Shown here: in pieces, positions 51,041 through 62,598 of the stretch | How the letters are laid out: each line of letters begins with the position of its first letter | Position numbering within the stretch: the first letter of the stretch is position 1 | Source of the DNA: Squalus acanthias | Lineage: Eukaryota | Direction of reading: 5' to 3' | DNA: 64,000 bases | NCBI GenBank assembly: GCA_030390025.1 | Contig: CM059431.1 | Span: 112,222,001 to 112,286,000 of the forward strand | Translations under genes and position numbers: made by a program | Notes under the pieces: generated by a model | Told to the model about the DNA's origin: nothing | Seen by the model: the letters and a program-made list of their open reading frames with translations, nothing else | Databases searched by the model: none

Positions 51041-51396
51041 CATTCTGTGGGATAAGCGCCTGTGGCAAACCTATATAGTGCTCTGAGAGATGTGATGCGG
51101 TGCTGAAATTACCATAGTGATTCTGGGATTAATTGGACAAATTATATCAGTATTAAATGAATGAATGAATCTGTACACCATGCACACAGAATAATCATAA
51201 ACTCAGAGGTTCTCGAAGGTCAAGTGGCTGTAAAAGTACCAGCACTAAATGAAAAGTGAATGGGCCGTGTAGGCATGTATGCTACATATGTTAGCCACTT
51301 AGGTATCGAATCTCATGGGAATATTGCTTAAAAAATGATCTTTTCAGAACAGCTGGATTTTAGCTCCAACTTCATACAATTCATCATAGATGCATT

Positions 51397-51553
51397 GGGG
51401 ATGATTTTAACTTTTGGAGATCGTGCAATTGCCCATTATACATCTCTCCCGATTTTCCTTTCGATTGACTTCAATGGAAAAGGAAAATTGGGAGAGGTGT
51501 ACAACAGGCGGCCGATGCAATCCGATATTATTCCCCAAAGGTTAAAATTACTT
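51397..51553. mobile_element. Short palindromic MITE (about 155 bp)
   Basis: GATTTTAACTTTT..AAAGGTTAAAATT ends; internal TACATCTCTCCCGATTTTCCTTT / AAAGGAAAATTGGGAGAGGTGTA arms around ATTGACTTCAAT. Confidence 0.7.
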
Positions 51554-52004
51554 TCACTCTGTCATCTTCACATCCACCTCAGGTCACAAGGTACTGTATT
51601 TGCCATTGTAAAGTGAAGAACATCCTGTACATCACCCGCTATTGGTATGTGACCCTCCCAACAACAGTTCGATCATGGAGCCAGAGTAAGCCTCGACCCC
51701 AGTAAAGCTCCGTGAGGCTTTTAGTGGAAGAGTACAATTGATCATCACATGTCCCATCTCAGTCAAGCAAGAGCATGTACAGAAACTCTTGGCAAATCTA
51801 GAATAACATCCAAAAACTCAAAGCAAATCTTCAGAGCTGAGCAAGTGCTCTTCATTTAAGTGCAATACAATCAAATCATTTCATCACTTGCATTAATGAT
51901 TTATACAATGCATTGATAGAACCATAGAAGCTGATACAAACATAGAAGTTTACTGCGCAGGAGGAGGCCATTTGGAACATCATGTCTGTGCTCTTATTGA
52001 CATA

Positions 52005-53135
52005 TGTGATCTTATTGAAACATATTGGGCTGGATTTTCAATGACCCGTGGAGTCGGGTTTGGAGGCGTGTGGGGGGTTAAAGTTGCAGATTCGAGGGTC
52101 CCGACCCCATCCCGACTCCAACCCGCCTCCACGCAATTTTGACAAAATCGGTCGCGGGGTTCCCGACTCCGTCCCGCCTCCAAGAGGCGGGAGAGGCCAT
52201 TAAAGCCCTTAACAAGCCCTAAATTGGCTCTGTAATGCCATTTTGAAATGTTTTAGCTAGTTTAACCCTTTTCCGACGTGAAGTACGCCTGATGTGAAAC
52301 ACGTCAGTGAAACCTGGCGGGAGCACAAGTGGATAGCTGACTATCAGCTGCAGGTCCACTATTACAACGGAGATGTGTGAAGGTAGTAGTAGTATTGTGA
52401 TGAAGGTAGTAGTAGTATTAGGTGTGAAAGTCGCCTCTGATGCTGCTGCATTGAATGTCTTCAGAGACTGCCTGGGAGGACTTGGTTGCAAAAAAAATTC
52501 TCTCTCTCTCTCTCTCTCTCAGATGCTGCATCCAGGTCCTCTCACAGCAAAGGCCAGGCAGTCTCTGACCTGCAATGATGACATCATCAGAGGCGACTTT
52601 CAGACTGAAACCACTAATTGGTTCATGGGTTCCCACATGCTGGAACTCAATTGCCCAATTAAGTGAAAATTGCATCAATCTCCCACATCCAATTGCAGGC
52701 GGGTAGATAACACGAAATGCGGATGACACGACCCCAACCCGCCCCAGTATCAAAATCCAGCCCATTATGTTTCTCGGGGGGATTGACAGGGTGGATACAG
52801 AGAGAATGTTTCCCCTCGTGGGGGTATCTAGAACTAGGGGGCATAGTTTCAGAATAAGGGGTCGCCCATTTAAAACGGAGATGAGGAATTTCTTCTCTGA
52901 GGGTCATGAATCTTCGGAATTCTCTACCCCAGAGAGCTGTGGAGGCTGGGTCATTGAATATATTCAAGGTGGAGATAGACAGATTTTTGAACGATAAGGG
53001 AGTCAAGGGTTATGGGGAGCGGGCTGGAAAGTGGAGTTGAGGCCAAGATCAGATCAGCCATGATCTTATTGAATGGTGGAGCAGGCTCGAGGGGCCGAAT
53101 GGCCTACTCCTGCTCCTATTTCTTATGTTCTTATG
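52005..53135 (+). mobile_element. CR1 3' fragment split by a MITE
   Basis: GTGATCTTATTGAAACATA | GGGATTGACAGGGTGGAT (DLIET..GIDRVD) continues across the insertion; (TTCTTATG)n tail. Confidence 0.8.
52027..52763. mobile_element. Harbinger MITE (second copy of 21399-22062)
   Basis: TIRs GGGCTGGATTTT / AAAATCCAGCCC; perfect TSD ATT/ATT. Confidence 0.92.
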
Positions 53136-53228
53136 CTCTAGCTCTTTGCTAGAGCAATCCACAAGAAATTTCACTGGCCTGCTCGCCATCTAGCTATGTA
53201 TCTTTTTTTTCTGCTTTTATCCACTTTT

Positions 53229-56065
53229 ACAACAACAACTTGTATTTATATAGCACCTTTAACGTAGTCAAACATCCCAAGGCGCTTCACAGGAGTGTTA
53301 TAAGACAAAAATTTGACACCGAGCCACATAAGGAGAAATTAGGGCAGATGACCAAAAGCTTGGTCAAAGAGGTAGGTTTTAAGGAGCATCTTAAAGGAGA
53401 AAAGAGAGGTGGAGAGGTTTATGGAGGGAGTTCCAGAGCTTCGGGCCTAGGCAGCTAAAGGCACGGCCACCGATGGTTGAGCAATTATAATCAGGGATGC
53501 TCAAAAGGCCAGATTTGGAGGACGAAGTTAGAGGTAACAAAGATGAGGGTTTCAGCAGCAGATGAGCTGAGGCAGGGTGGAGACTGGCAATGTTATGGTG
53601 GTGGAAGTAGGTGGTCTTAGTTATGTCGTGGATATGTGGTCGGAAACTCATTTCAGGGTCAAATATGACACCAAGGTTGCGAACAGTCTGGTTCAGCCTC
53701 AGATAGATGCTAGGGGGAGGGAGGGAGTCGGTGTGGCTAGGGAACGGAGTTTGTGGCGGGGACCGAAGACAATGGCCGGGATTTTGCTCACCTCGGCGGG
53801 TCCGGTGTGGCCGATGTCGGTGGTGGGTCACGGCCCCTCTGCTGGCTCCATCCCGCTGTCTAAAATGAATTTTTGTTGATAGGGCTTGTTAAGCCCGCCC
53901 AGCGCGTTTCCCGGCCCAATTAGAGGAAGTGGGTCTGGTGATGTCATTCATGACGCGTCATCAGCCGGTTTCCTTAAAGGGACCATGGCCACCTTACTTT
54001 TGACAGTTGTGCTGTTAGTGTTCTACAGCATTGAGGTGCTGCAAACACTGACAAGCACTGCACAGAGGGGCACGGCTGCACCCAGGTTCTCCCATGACTC
54101 CCTCCTTATGCTTATGCAGGGAGTCACAGCATGCAGGGAGGTCCTCTTCCCTTCCCATGGGCGGAAGAGACCTCCCCAGGAGACCAACACAGCCTGGTTG
54201 CACATTGTGGAGGAGGTCACAAGCAGGGATGTGTTCAAGAGGACCTGGGTTCAGTGGCGCAAACCTTTCAATGATCTCATTAGATCACGAAACATTAGTA
54301 CAAAGCCACACGCGCCTTTATCCTCCTGTGCCTCTCATCACATCTCCATCACTCTGCCTTCCCTACCCTACTCCTGCACATCCTTACTCACACCAACTTA
54401 CCTTGCACCTCTACCCATCCCTCTCTATCTACATTATCACTTCCCCATCTCACTAGCCACCCCTCTCACTCGCCCTCATCCTAGTGCAATCATACCAACT
54501 AACACACAAGGGTAGCCACTTGGATGTTTTATCCAATATTCATGTAAAGTTTCCGTTAATGTGCTGTCAAACATTGAAATCTTTATTTTCAACACTTTCT
54601 ATTCTTGGACAGATTTGTGTGCACCTTTGGAAGTGGCTTAGTGAGTTGCAGTGAATAGTGAAATAGTGAAACCCCCCGCAATGGTGGTGCGTATGAAACG
54701 AATGGCTTGAACATTGTAGGGATGCTTTATGGTGTTGGTGTGGGGTGGTGCCAACCTGGCACATCATGTGGCAACCAGGGGGTACAGCGTGAAGTAAATG
54801 TGGCCATGGTGAGGTCATCAGCTGGAGCAATGGCCACTGATCTCCTGCCTCAGGTTGACAGATGTGGTCCCTGACCAGCGTGGTTCCCATGGCCATAAAG
54901 TTAAAGTTAAAAAGTAAGGTAAAAAAGCCTGTTAAGGGTCTGTTAAGTACATTATAATTAGTTTAATTGGATCGCCTGTCGGATCTGCTGTACGCTGACA
55001 GACCCGGCATTGGGAAAAGCGCATTGTGGCGGTTTTCCGACCCGCTGTCAAAAAAAAACACTTTCCCACCCGACCCACCAATGATCCCACCCGCTAACAC
55101 CCCGGAAAATTCCGGCCACTGACTTCGATCTTCCCAATATTTAATTGGAGAAAATTTCTGCTCATCCAGCACTGAATGTTGGACAAGCAGTTTAGAGACC
55201 GTGGAGGGGTCGAGAGAAGTGGTGGTGAAGTAGAACTGGGCGTTGTCAGCGTACATGTGGAAACTGACACTGTGTTTTCGGATGATGTCGCCAAGGGGCA
55301 GTATATAGATGAGAAATAAGAGGGGGCCAAGGATAGATCCTTGGGGGACTCCAGAGGTAACGATACAGGAGTGGGAAGAGAATCCATTGCAGGTGATTTT
55401 CTGGCTATGATTAGATAGATAAGAATGGAACCAGGCGAGTGCAGTCCCACCCAGCTGGATGATGGTGGAGAGGTGTTGGAGGAGGATGGAGTGGTCAACT
55501 ATGTCAAAGGTTGCAGACAGGTCGAGACGGATGAGGAGGGATAGTTTACCTTTGTCACAGTCACAAAGGATGTCATTTGTGACTTTGAGAGCCGTTTCAG
55601 TACTGTGGCAGGGGCGGAAACCGGATTGGGGGATTCAAACATGGAGTTCCGGGAAAGATGGGCATGGATTTTGGAGGCGACAATGCTTTCAAGGACTTTG
55701 GAGAGGAAAGGGAGGTTGGAGATGGGGTGGTAGTTTGCAAGGATGAAGGAGTCGAGGGTTGGCTTTTTGAGGAGAGGGAGTGATGACAGCAGATTTGAAG
55801 GAGAGGGGGACAGTACCTGAGGAGAGAGAACCATTAACAATATCAGCTAACATGGGAGCCAGAAAAGGAAGTTGGGTGGTCAGCAGTTTAGTGGGAATAG
55901 GGTCAAGAGCGCAGGAAGTGGGTCTCATGGACAAGATAAGCGTGGAGAGGTCAAGAGGGGAGATCGGAGAGAAACTGGAGAAAGATGTGAGTTCAGAGCT
56001 AGGGTCCTTAGAGGAAGTTTGGCTCAGTGGGCGAGGGGAAGGAAGGGTACTGGCAGAGGCAGCTT
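53229..56065 (-). mobile_element. L2 LINE fragment (RT), interrupted
   Basis: TSCALDPIPTKLL, ANYHPISNLPFLSKVLE, GVPQGSILGP, MYADNAQFY; (TTG)n tail at 53229. Confidence 0.88.
53774..55117 (+). mobile_element. Non-autonomous Harbinger derivative retaining Myb exon 1 (family B-like)
   Basis: TIRs GGCCGGGATTTT / AAAATTCCGGCC; flanks AAT/ACT; AAPRFSHDSLLMLMQGV..WLHIVEEV..RTWVQWRKPFNDL at about 54075-54295. Confidence 0.85.
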
Positions 56066-56202
56066 AAAAGATGCAATGGTCTCTGACCAAACGATTCCCT
56101 GTAGCAAAGCATCTGATGCTACAACAACTCACGGTGTAAAAATAAATCTCCTAACCTTTCTGGCCCCTCATCACTGATTCCTGAAAACTGAAGAAATGGT
56201 AA

Positions 56203-57545
56203 GTGCAGTGGGACTAATTGGCTAGCTCTTTCAAAGAGCTGGCACAGACATGATGGGCTGAATGGCCTCCTTCTGTGCTGTATTATTCCATTTTCCTATT
56301 CACCCTATCAAAATTCTTCATAATTTTAAACCCCTCTATAACTTGGCCTTCTCTGCTCCAGTGGAAATAGTCTGAGTATCTTGAGTCTCTCCAAGTTTCT
56401 CATTACTGGTGTCATCCTGGTGAATCTATGCCGTATGACCTCTCATGCATTTAAGGTCCTTTCTATAATAGGATGTCTAAAAACTGCAAACAGTACACCA
56501 ACGGTGGCTTAACCATTACTTTGTACAAATTTATCATTACCTCTTTGCTTTTGTACTCTATGCTATGATTTATAAAACCCAAAATGCTATTTATCTTTTT
56601 GATGGCTTTATGTTTCTGCACAGGCACTTCCAAGGAATTACGTACTTGAACCCTTGTGTCCCTGTTTATTCACCCCCTTCAGTGCCTTTCCACAGAGTGT
56701 ATGCTCCCATTCCTTGTTTTTTATCCAAAGTAAATCACTGCATTATATTGCACTGTCCATTTCGCTAACATTTCTAAATTTGTGGATGATGTGAAAATGT
56801 GCACAGGGTAAACAATCTGGGCCAAATTAGTATGTTTCAGACCAATTTAGATAAGCTGGAGGAATGGTCTTGTGTAAGACGGATGTCCTTCATTGTGAAC
56901 TAGTGCAGTGTCTTGCATTTGAGGTGGGGAAACTCCAGGCATGTATATACCATGCAGTCATACCCATTATAGGTTAGGGATTAAGAGAGAGATCTATGAT
57001 AAAAGCTATGAATTTGTTCAAGTGTGAGCTGGCTATAGGGAGGCAAATAAAGTTTTAGGCTGCATTGCAAATACCATCAAGTATAAAATAAAGATCACCA
57101 GGTTATACAAGACTTTGGTATGTTTGTACTTGGAGTATTGTGTCCAGTTTTGATCTCTGCACATGGTGAAGAATATTGAGGCTCTGGAGAAGGTGCAGAG
57201 CAGGACTACCAGCCTCAAGGCTATTGGTGAACGGGATAGGTTCCTAGAGTCATTGACTGTAAAGAATTGCAGTCTTAGAGAGCAAAGACGGAGGTTTTTA
57301 TTATGATGAAGGGATTGGGTTCAATCTGGTTAGATAGGTTATTTGAAATAGATAAGGATGGTAGCACTGGAGGGCATGCATATTAAATTCTTAGGCAAAG
57401 GGTTGGGTTAGATGGCAGGAGGTATTTCTTTTTGCCCTCTGGAACAGACTACTGAAACACATGGCAGGTAGGGATTGAGTACAGTCCTGTGTAAGGGAAT
57501 GCGACCAGTTCCTGAGCAAAGAAGATGATTCCAGTTATAGAAGGT
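56203..57545. mobile_element. Cluster of old CR1 fragments in both orientations
   Basis: CR1 tail at 56203-56290; degenerate KFVDDVK and LEYCVQF..LEKVQSR motifs at 56775-57210. Confidence 0.6.
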
Positions 57546-58091
57546 AAGTTGTTAGCTGGGATAATGCTGAGTATTGGGCTATTGTGGTCACTTGGGAGCC
57601 TTGTTTGAGTGTCTTAGAGGGTCAGAGAGGAATTTTCCAGAGTTTTTCCTAAATTGGCCAGGAAATTGCAAGGTGAAGGAATGGGTCAGTGGTGGTATCT
57701 TGGTGCAATACATCTAGATGAGGTGGGCATGCTGGTCTTGTCGCATCTTTTTTGTATGTTCTTATGCAAATGTAAATTCATACATCATCTCCTATCCTTA
57801 CCTAGAATTTGATTTTATTTGTTCTTTTCCTTACATAACAAAAGTCTCTGTGCTTCAAAGTAACTCATTATGTGAAATACTTTGATTTTTCTTAGATAAG
57901 ACACTATATAAATCCAACTCTATCTTTTTTTTTTAAGGGGGTAATGGATAAGCAAGTTTCCATTTAACATCTGTGATGATCGGGAAGCGGCTCCTGATAG
58001 CAAGTTAAACAAACGAGTGACCAAGCCCCCAAATAAAATTCAAAATGCTAAATATTTTATGTGCAAACAAACTCGGTGAAGTTAAACATAA

Positions 58092-59218
58092 GAACAGAAA
58101 ATGCTAGAAATACTCAGCAGGTCAGGAAGCATTTGTGGAGAGAGAGAAACAGAGTTAACGTTTCAGGTTGATGACCTTCCGTCAGGTTCTAATGACAATT
58201 CATCAACCAGAAACATTAAGGGGTAAAAATTCACTTGGTTGCGCCACCCGTTAGCGCCTTAAGAGGGCGCTAATGGGGCGCAAAGCCGCTAACGCCCGGG
58301 CGCAGCGATGTTTGCGCCGCTCGAGAACTTAACTTGAGATTGTGCGGCGGCGCTAAAACTTACCGCTGCGACCACCTGCGCGCGCAGATTGTGACGTCAT
58401 TCCATGGTGCAACGCCCTTGGGGCGCCCCGTAGCGGAAATTGAGTGGCGCCCCCTGCCTTACCGCCTGGCGCTTCCAACGACCAGAAGACTGGAACGCTA
58501 TCAATCGCTGTGGGGCTGGGGGGGGCGCTATTTAAAGGGGGCCTCTTCCTGTCTTTTATTGTTGGTGGCATTTTTGAACTACGCATTCTGAGAGAGAGAG
58601 GGAGAGACTTCTGGAGAGATTCAACGTTGTGTGAAGGAGTTTTGGGTACTGAGCAGCACTTTGCAGGTTCATTTTGATTTGCCATTCCTTGTATCGATTT
58701 AGCAGAGACCGTGGGAGCTGCACTCTGAGCTCTTTGCCTGGTGCTCTCCATTGTTCTTTCCAGCACATTTGATGTGCAAGTCTCTCCAGGCCGAGATTCA
58801 AGGCAGCAATGAACAGGATGTGGATGGAAAGCAAGATTAACCATCCCCTTTAAGAACTGGCCCGTGCCATTGTGTGTGTGTTCCATTGCTGACTGACATT
58901 ACATGAGCTTCGCCAGCGCTCCGAGTTAGCGCCTCACTGCTCGGCCTTTGCGCCTTAAGAGAGGTGTGCAGCGCCTGCTTTAGCGCTCCACTCACCTCCC
59001 GGGGCGGTAAAAGTGAAGTTTCCCGTCAGTGCCGATAATTAGCGCCAGGCGCTAATATTTGCGTCCGGACGATATTTGCGCCCCAAATGGGGCGCGACCT
59101 AATTTCTACCCCTAAATCTGTTTCTCTCTTTACACATGCTGCCTGGCCTGCTGAGTGTTTATGGATTTTTCTGTTTTTATTTCAGATTTCCAGCATCCAC
59201 AATATTATGCTTTTGTAT
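58092..59218. repeat. Fold-back Penelope-terminus-like repeat split by a MITE
   Basis: Left arm 58092-58185 is mirrored by 58186-58219 plus 59116-59185. Confidence 0.7.
58220..59112. mobile_element. Internal-deletion derivative of Harbinger A family, inverted
   Basis: TIRs GGGGTAAAAATT / AATTTCTACCCC; TSD TAA/TAA; 58220-58640 matches 6444-6020 and 58740-59112 matches 2670-2283. Confidence 0.95.
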
Positions 59219-59224
59219 CAGTGA

Positions 59225-60710
59225 GGTCAAATGTCTGCTATCTTAAGCCCCATGCAAATTGGCATAGGGTCAATAAGATCAGAGAGTTGAATACGTGGCT
59301 CAAAGATTGGTGTGGGAGAAATGGGTTTCGATTCATGGGGCACTGGCACCAGTACTGGGGAAAGAGGGAGCTGTTCCATTGGGACGGGCTTCACTTGAAC
59401 CTTGCTGGGACCAGTGTCCTGGTGAATCAAATAACTAGGGCTGTAGATAGGGCTTTAAACTAAATTAGTGGGGGGGAGGGTACAGGTGAAGGGGAATTTA
59501 GAAAGTCAAAGAGAAAGGAGAAGTCAATAGTGCAGGGTAGCGATAGGGGTAATGATAACCAGAGTGTGACAGGAAGAGACAGCACGTACAAACTTAAGAG
59601 TGCACCAGCAAATAGAGTTAGAGTAGAGAAAAATGGTAAAAAGACAAAATTAAAGCCTCTTTATCTGAATGCACGCAGCATTCGTAACAAGATAGATGAG
59701 TTGACAGCACAAATAGAAATTAATGGGTATGATCTGATAGCCATTACAGAGACGTGGTTGCAAGGTGACCAAGGCTGGGAACTGAATATTCAGGGGTATT
59801 TGACATTTCGGAAGGATAGGCAGAAAGGAAAAGGAGGTGGGGTAGCTCTGTTAATAAAGGATGAGATCAGTGCAGTAGTGAGAAATGATATTGGCTCAGA
59901 AGATCAAGATGTAGAATCAGTTTGGGTGGAGATAAGAAATAGTAAGGGAAAGAAGTCACTGTTGGGAGTAGTCTATAGACCCCCTAACAGTAGCTACACT
60001 GTAGGACAGAGTATAAATCAAGAAATAATGGGGGCTTGTAAGAAAGGTACTGCAATAATCTTCATATAGATTGGACAAATCAAATTGGCAAAGGTAGCCT
60101 TGAGGACGAATTCATAGTGTATTTGGGATGGTTTCTTAGAACAATGCATTGTGGAACCAACCTGGTAATGTGTAATGAGACAGGATTAATTAATGATCTC
60201 ATTGTAAAGGATCCTCTTGGGAAGAGTGATCTTAGCATGATAGAATTTCAAATTCAGTTTGAGGGTGAGAAACTTGAGTCTGAAACTAATATCCTAAACT
60301 TAAATAAAGGCAATTACAAAGGTATGAAGACAGAGTTGACTAAAGTGGACTGGGAAAATAGATTAAAGGGTAAGATGGTAGATAAGCAGTGGCAGACATT
60401 TAAGGAGATATTTCATAACTCTCAGCAAAGGTTTATTCCAGTGAGAAGGAAAGACTCTATGAGAAGGATGAACCATCCGTGGCTAACTAAGAAAGTTAAG
60501 GATGGTATCAAATTGAAAGAAAAGGCATTCAATGTTGCAAAGATTAGTGGTAGGCCAGAGGATTGGGAAATTTCAAGAAACCAGCAAAGGATGACTAATA
60601 AAGAGGGAGAAGATAGATTAGGAGAGTAAACTAGCAAAAAATATAAAAACAGACAGTAAGAGCTTCTACAGGTATATACAATGGAAGAGAGTAGCTAAAG
60701 TAAACGTTAT
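59225..60710 (+). mobile_element. CR1 LINE fragment (ORF1 esterase end plus APE), second subfamily
   Basis: LNTWLKDWC..FHWDGLHLN; LYLNARSI, AITETWL, GVVYRPP, LGKSD. Confidence 0.88.
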
Positions 60711-62220
60711 GTAAATATCTTATTAGATACTTTTTCTACCAGATCTTGTGTGTAAATTTCTGATGAAGGGTGTAAACCTGAAATGTTTGCCTGTCTTTTT
60801 TCTTTTGCTTGTTGACAGTCTACTGTCAGCCTGTCTTGTTATTCATTCTTTTTATGTTGCGATTTTATTTAAGACATTACTCTCTCTAAGATATTGGGGC
60901 AATTATCTGACTTTGCACTCCCAGTGGGGGATCTCTCCTGCCAGGAGCACGTATCAGAATTGAAAGTCTATGCTGAACACAATTTGCTAACCAATTAACT
61001 TAAATGGTCACAAAATCAAGTGCAGCGCACACCTAAATTTCCAATACGTGCCTCCGGTGGAAGAAGCTCCCTTTTTGAAATGCAGAGGCGGAAAATTACC
61101 ACTCGTGTTTTCTATGACAATGCTGTCGTGAGCATTATTGCATTTGATTGTTGCGCAGCTGTGGCAATGTTTCCTTTCAATATTTAAAATCACTGGGAAG
61201 AGGTGTTTCATCTGACATTTGTGTCCTGAACCAATCGCTCTGGTGGTGTTGGGCTTCTTTTGTGATGCTGACAATTTCCTGCTGCAAAACTTTTTCTAAT
61301 TGTTCGTTCAAATGATACTGTGTTTAAAATTTCCATAATGATCAGAGTCTTCTGACAGACAGGAACCAATTTGTGAGAAATGATATATTATGGATAATTG
61401 GTGCACATCTCCAGTGCATTGTTTAGACTTTTGTCCCCGTCCCCTCCAGGACTAAACTGTGCACCAGTTATCCTGCCTGTTACTCCCATATATGTCAGTT
61501 CTCCGGGCATAATGGACTGGAAAAATGGATGGAGATCCATAATGACAGATCTCTGCCTCTCTTACGTAAGATGAGCATTTCCAGCAGGGCTGGGGGTGGG
61601 AGAAGGAAGCTCCCTTCTTTTTAAATATTGAAAAGTGAGCAAGGATTTCCTGCATGCATTTACCCGAAACTTGTGCATGCAGGTCAGTATAACTAATGTT
61701 CGCTCAATAAGGTGCCCAGGTTGCTAGAGGTTGCAAAGTCACAAGGAATTTCTAAAGGGCACAATAATATAATGTGATGCCATTACGGCATTTTTGGACT
61801 ATTTTTCATCATTTTCTTTCCTGCTTGCACTTAGGTTGTCGAGAGTCTGCTAATTGTTCAGCGGTTTCTATTTTCCCATTCCTGCCACTGATTGCAATTC
61901 CCTCATCGCAACTTTCTGAACGAAAATGAGGAGGACAAACGGAGGAATCCCAGGCAGGCTACGCTGCTCTGTACCCACCCACTGGTACCCTTACACCCGT
62001 ACCCGCAAGCACAGGTGCACATAACTAGCTTTGGCAAGCAATCAGTATGTTCAAGGTTTCTATTCCCAAAGGAGACTGTGAAACAGACCTAATGGCAAGA
62101 TACAGTATGCGAATGCCTGACTAATCATTATGTTGGATGGTCCTATGGAAACACCCCATCACAGTATGTCATGCTTTAAATAGCTATGCATAGGAACAGA
62201 GGCGTGGCTAAAGAAAGAAA

Positions 62221-62598
62221 TGAGAAGTCGCACAACACCAGGTTATAGTCCAACAGATTTATTTAATTTTACAAGCTTTCGGAGCTATTCGCTCCTTCCT
62301 CAGGTAAGTTAGCAGTGAGAGAATCTCCCAGAATTCACAATTTAAACACAGACAAAATCTATTCAAATCTTTCCCTACATCAAAGACTTGTGTCTTTGAT
62401 GTAGGGAAAGATTTGAATAGATTTTGTCTGTGTTTAAATTGTGAATTCTGGGAGATTCTCTCACTGCTAACTTACCTGAGGAAGGAGCGAATAGCTCCGA
62501 AAGCTTGTAAAATTAAATAAATCTGTTGGACTATAACCTGGTGTTGTGCGACTTCTCATTTTTGTCCACCCCAGTCCAACGCCGGCATCTCCACATCA
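62221..62598. mobile_element. Fold-back Penelope-like terminal insertion (perfect 170-bp hairpin)
   Basis: Arms 62218-62387 and 62392-62561 around loop TTGT, plus a 37-nt unpaired 3' extension; 12-bp TSD TAAAGAAAGAAA (62209-62220, 62599-62610); same terminus as 19656-19780. Confidence 0.9.
62472..62510 (+). ncRNA. Minimal type I hammerhead ribozyme motif (mirror copy on - strand at 62269-62307)
   Basis: TTAC (stem I) CTGAGGA A GGAGC-GAATA-GCTCC (stem II) GAAA GCT T GTAA (stem I'); palindromic AGCT as stem III. Confidence 0.75.
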
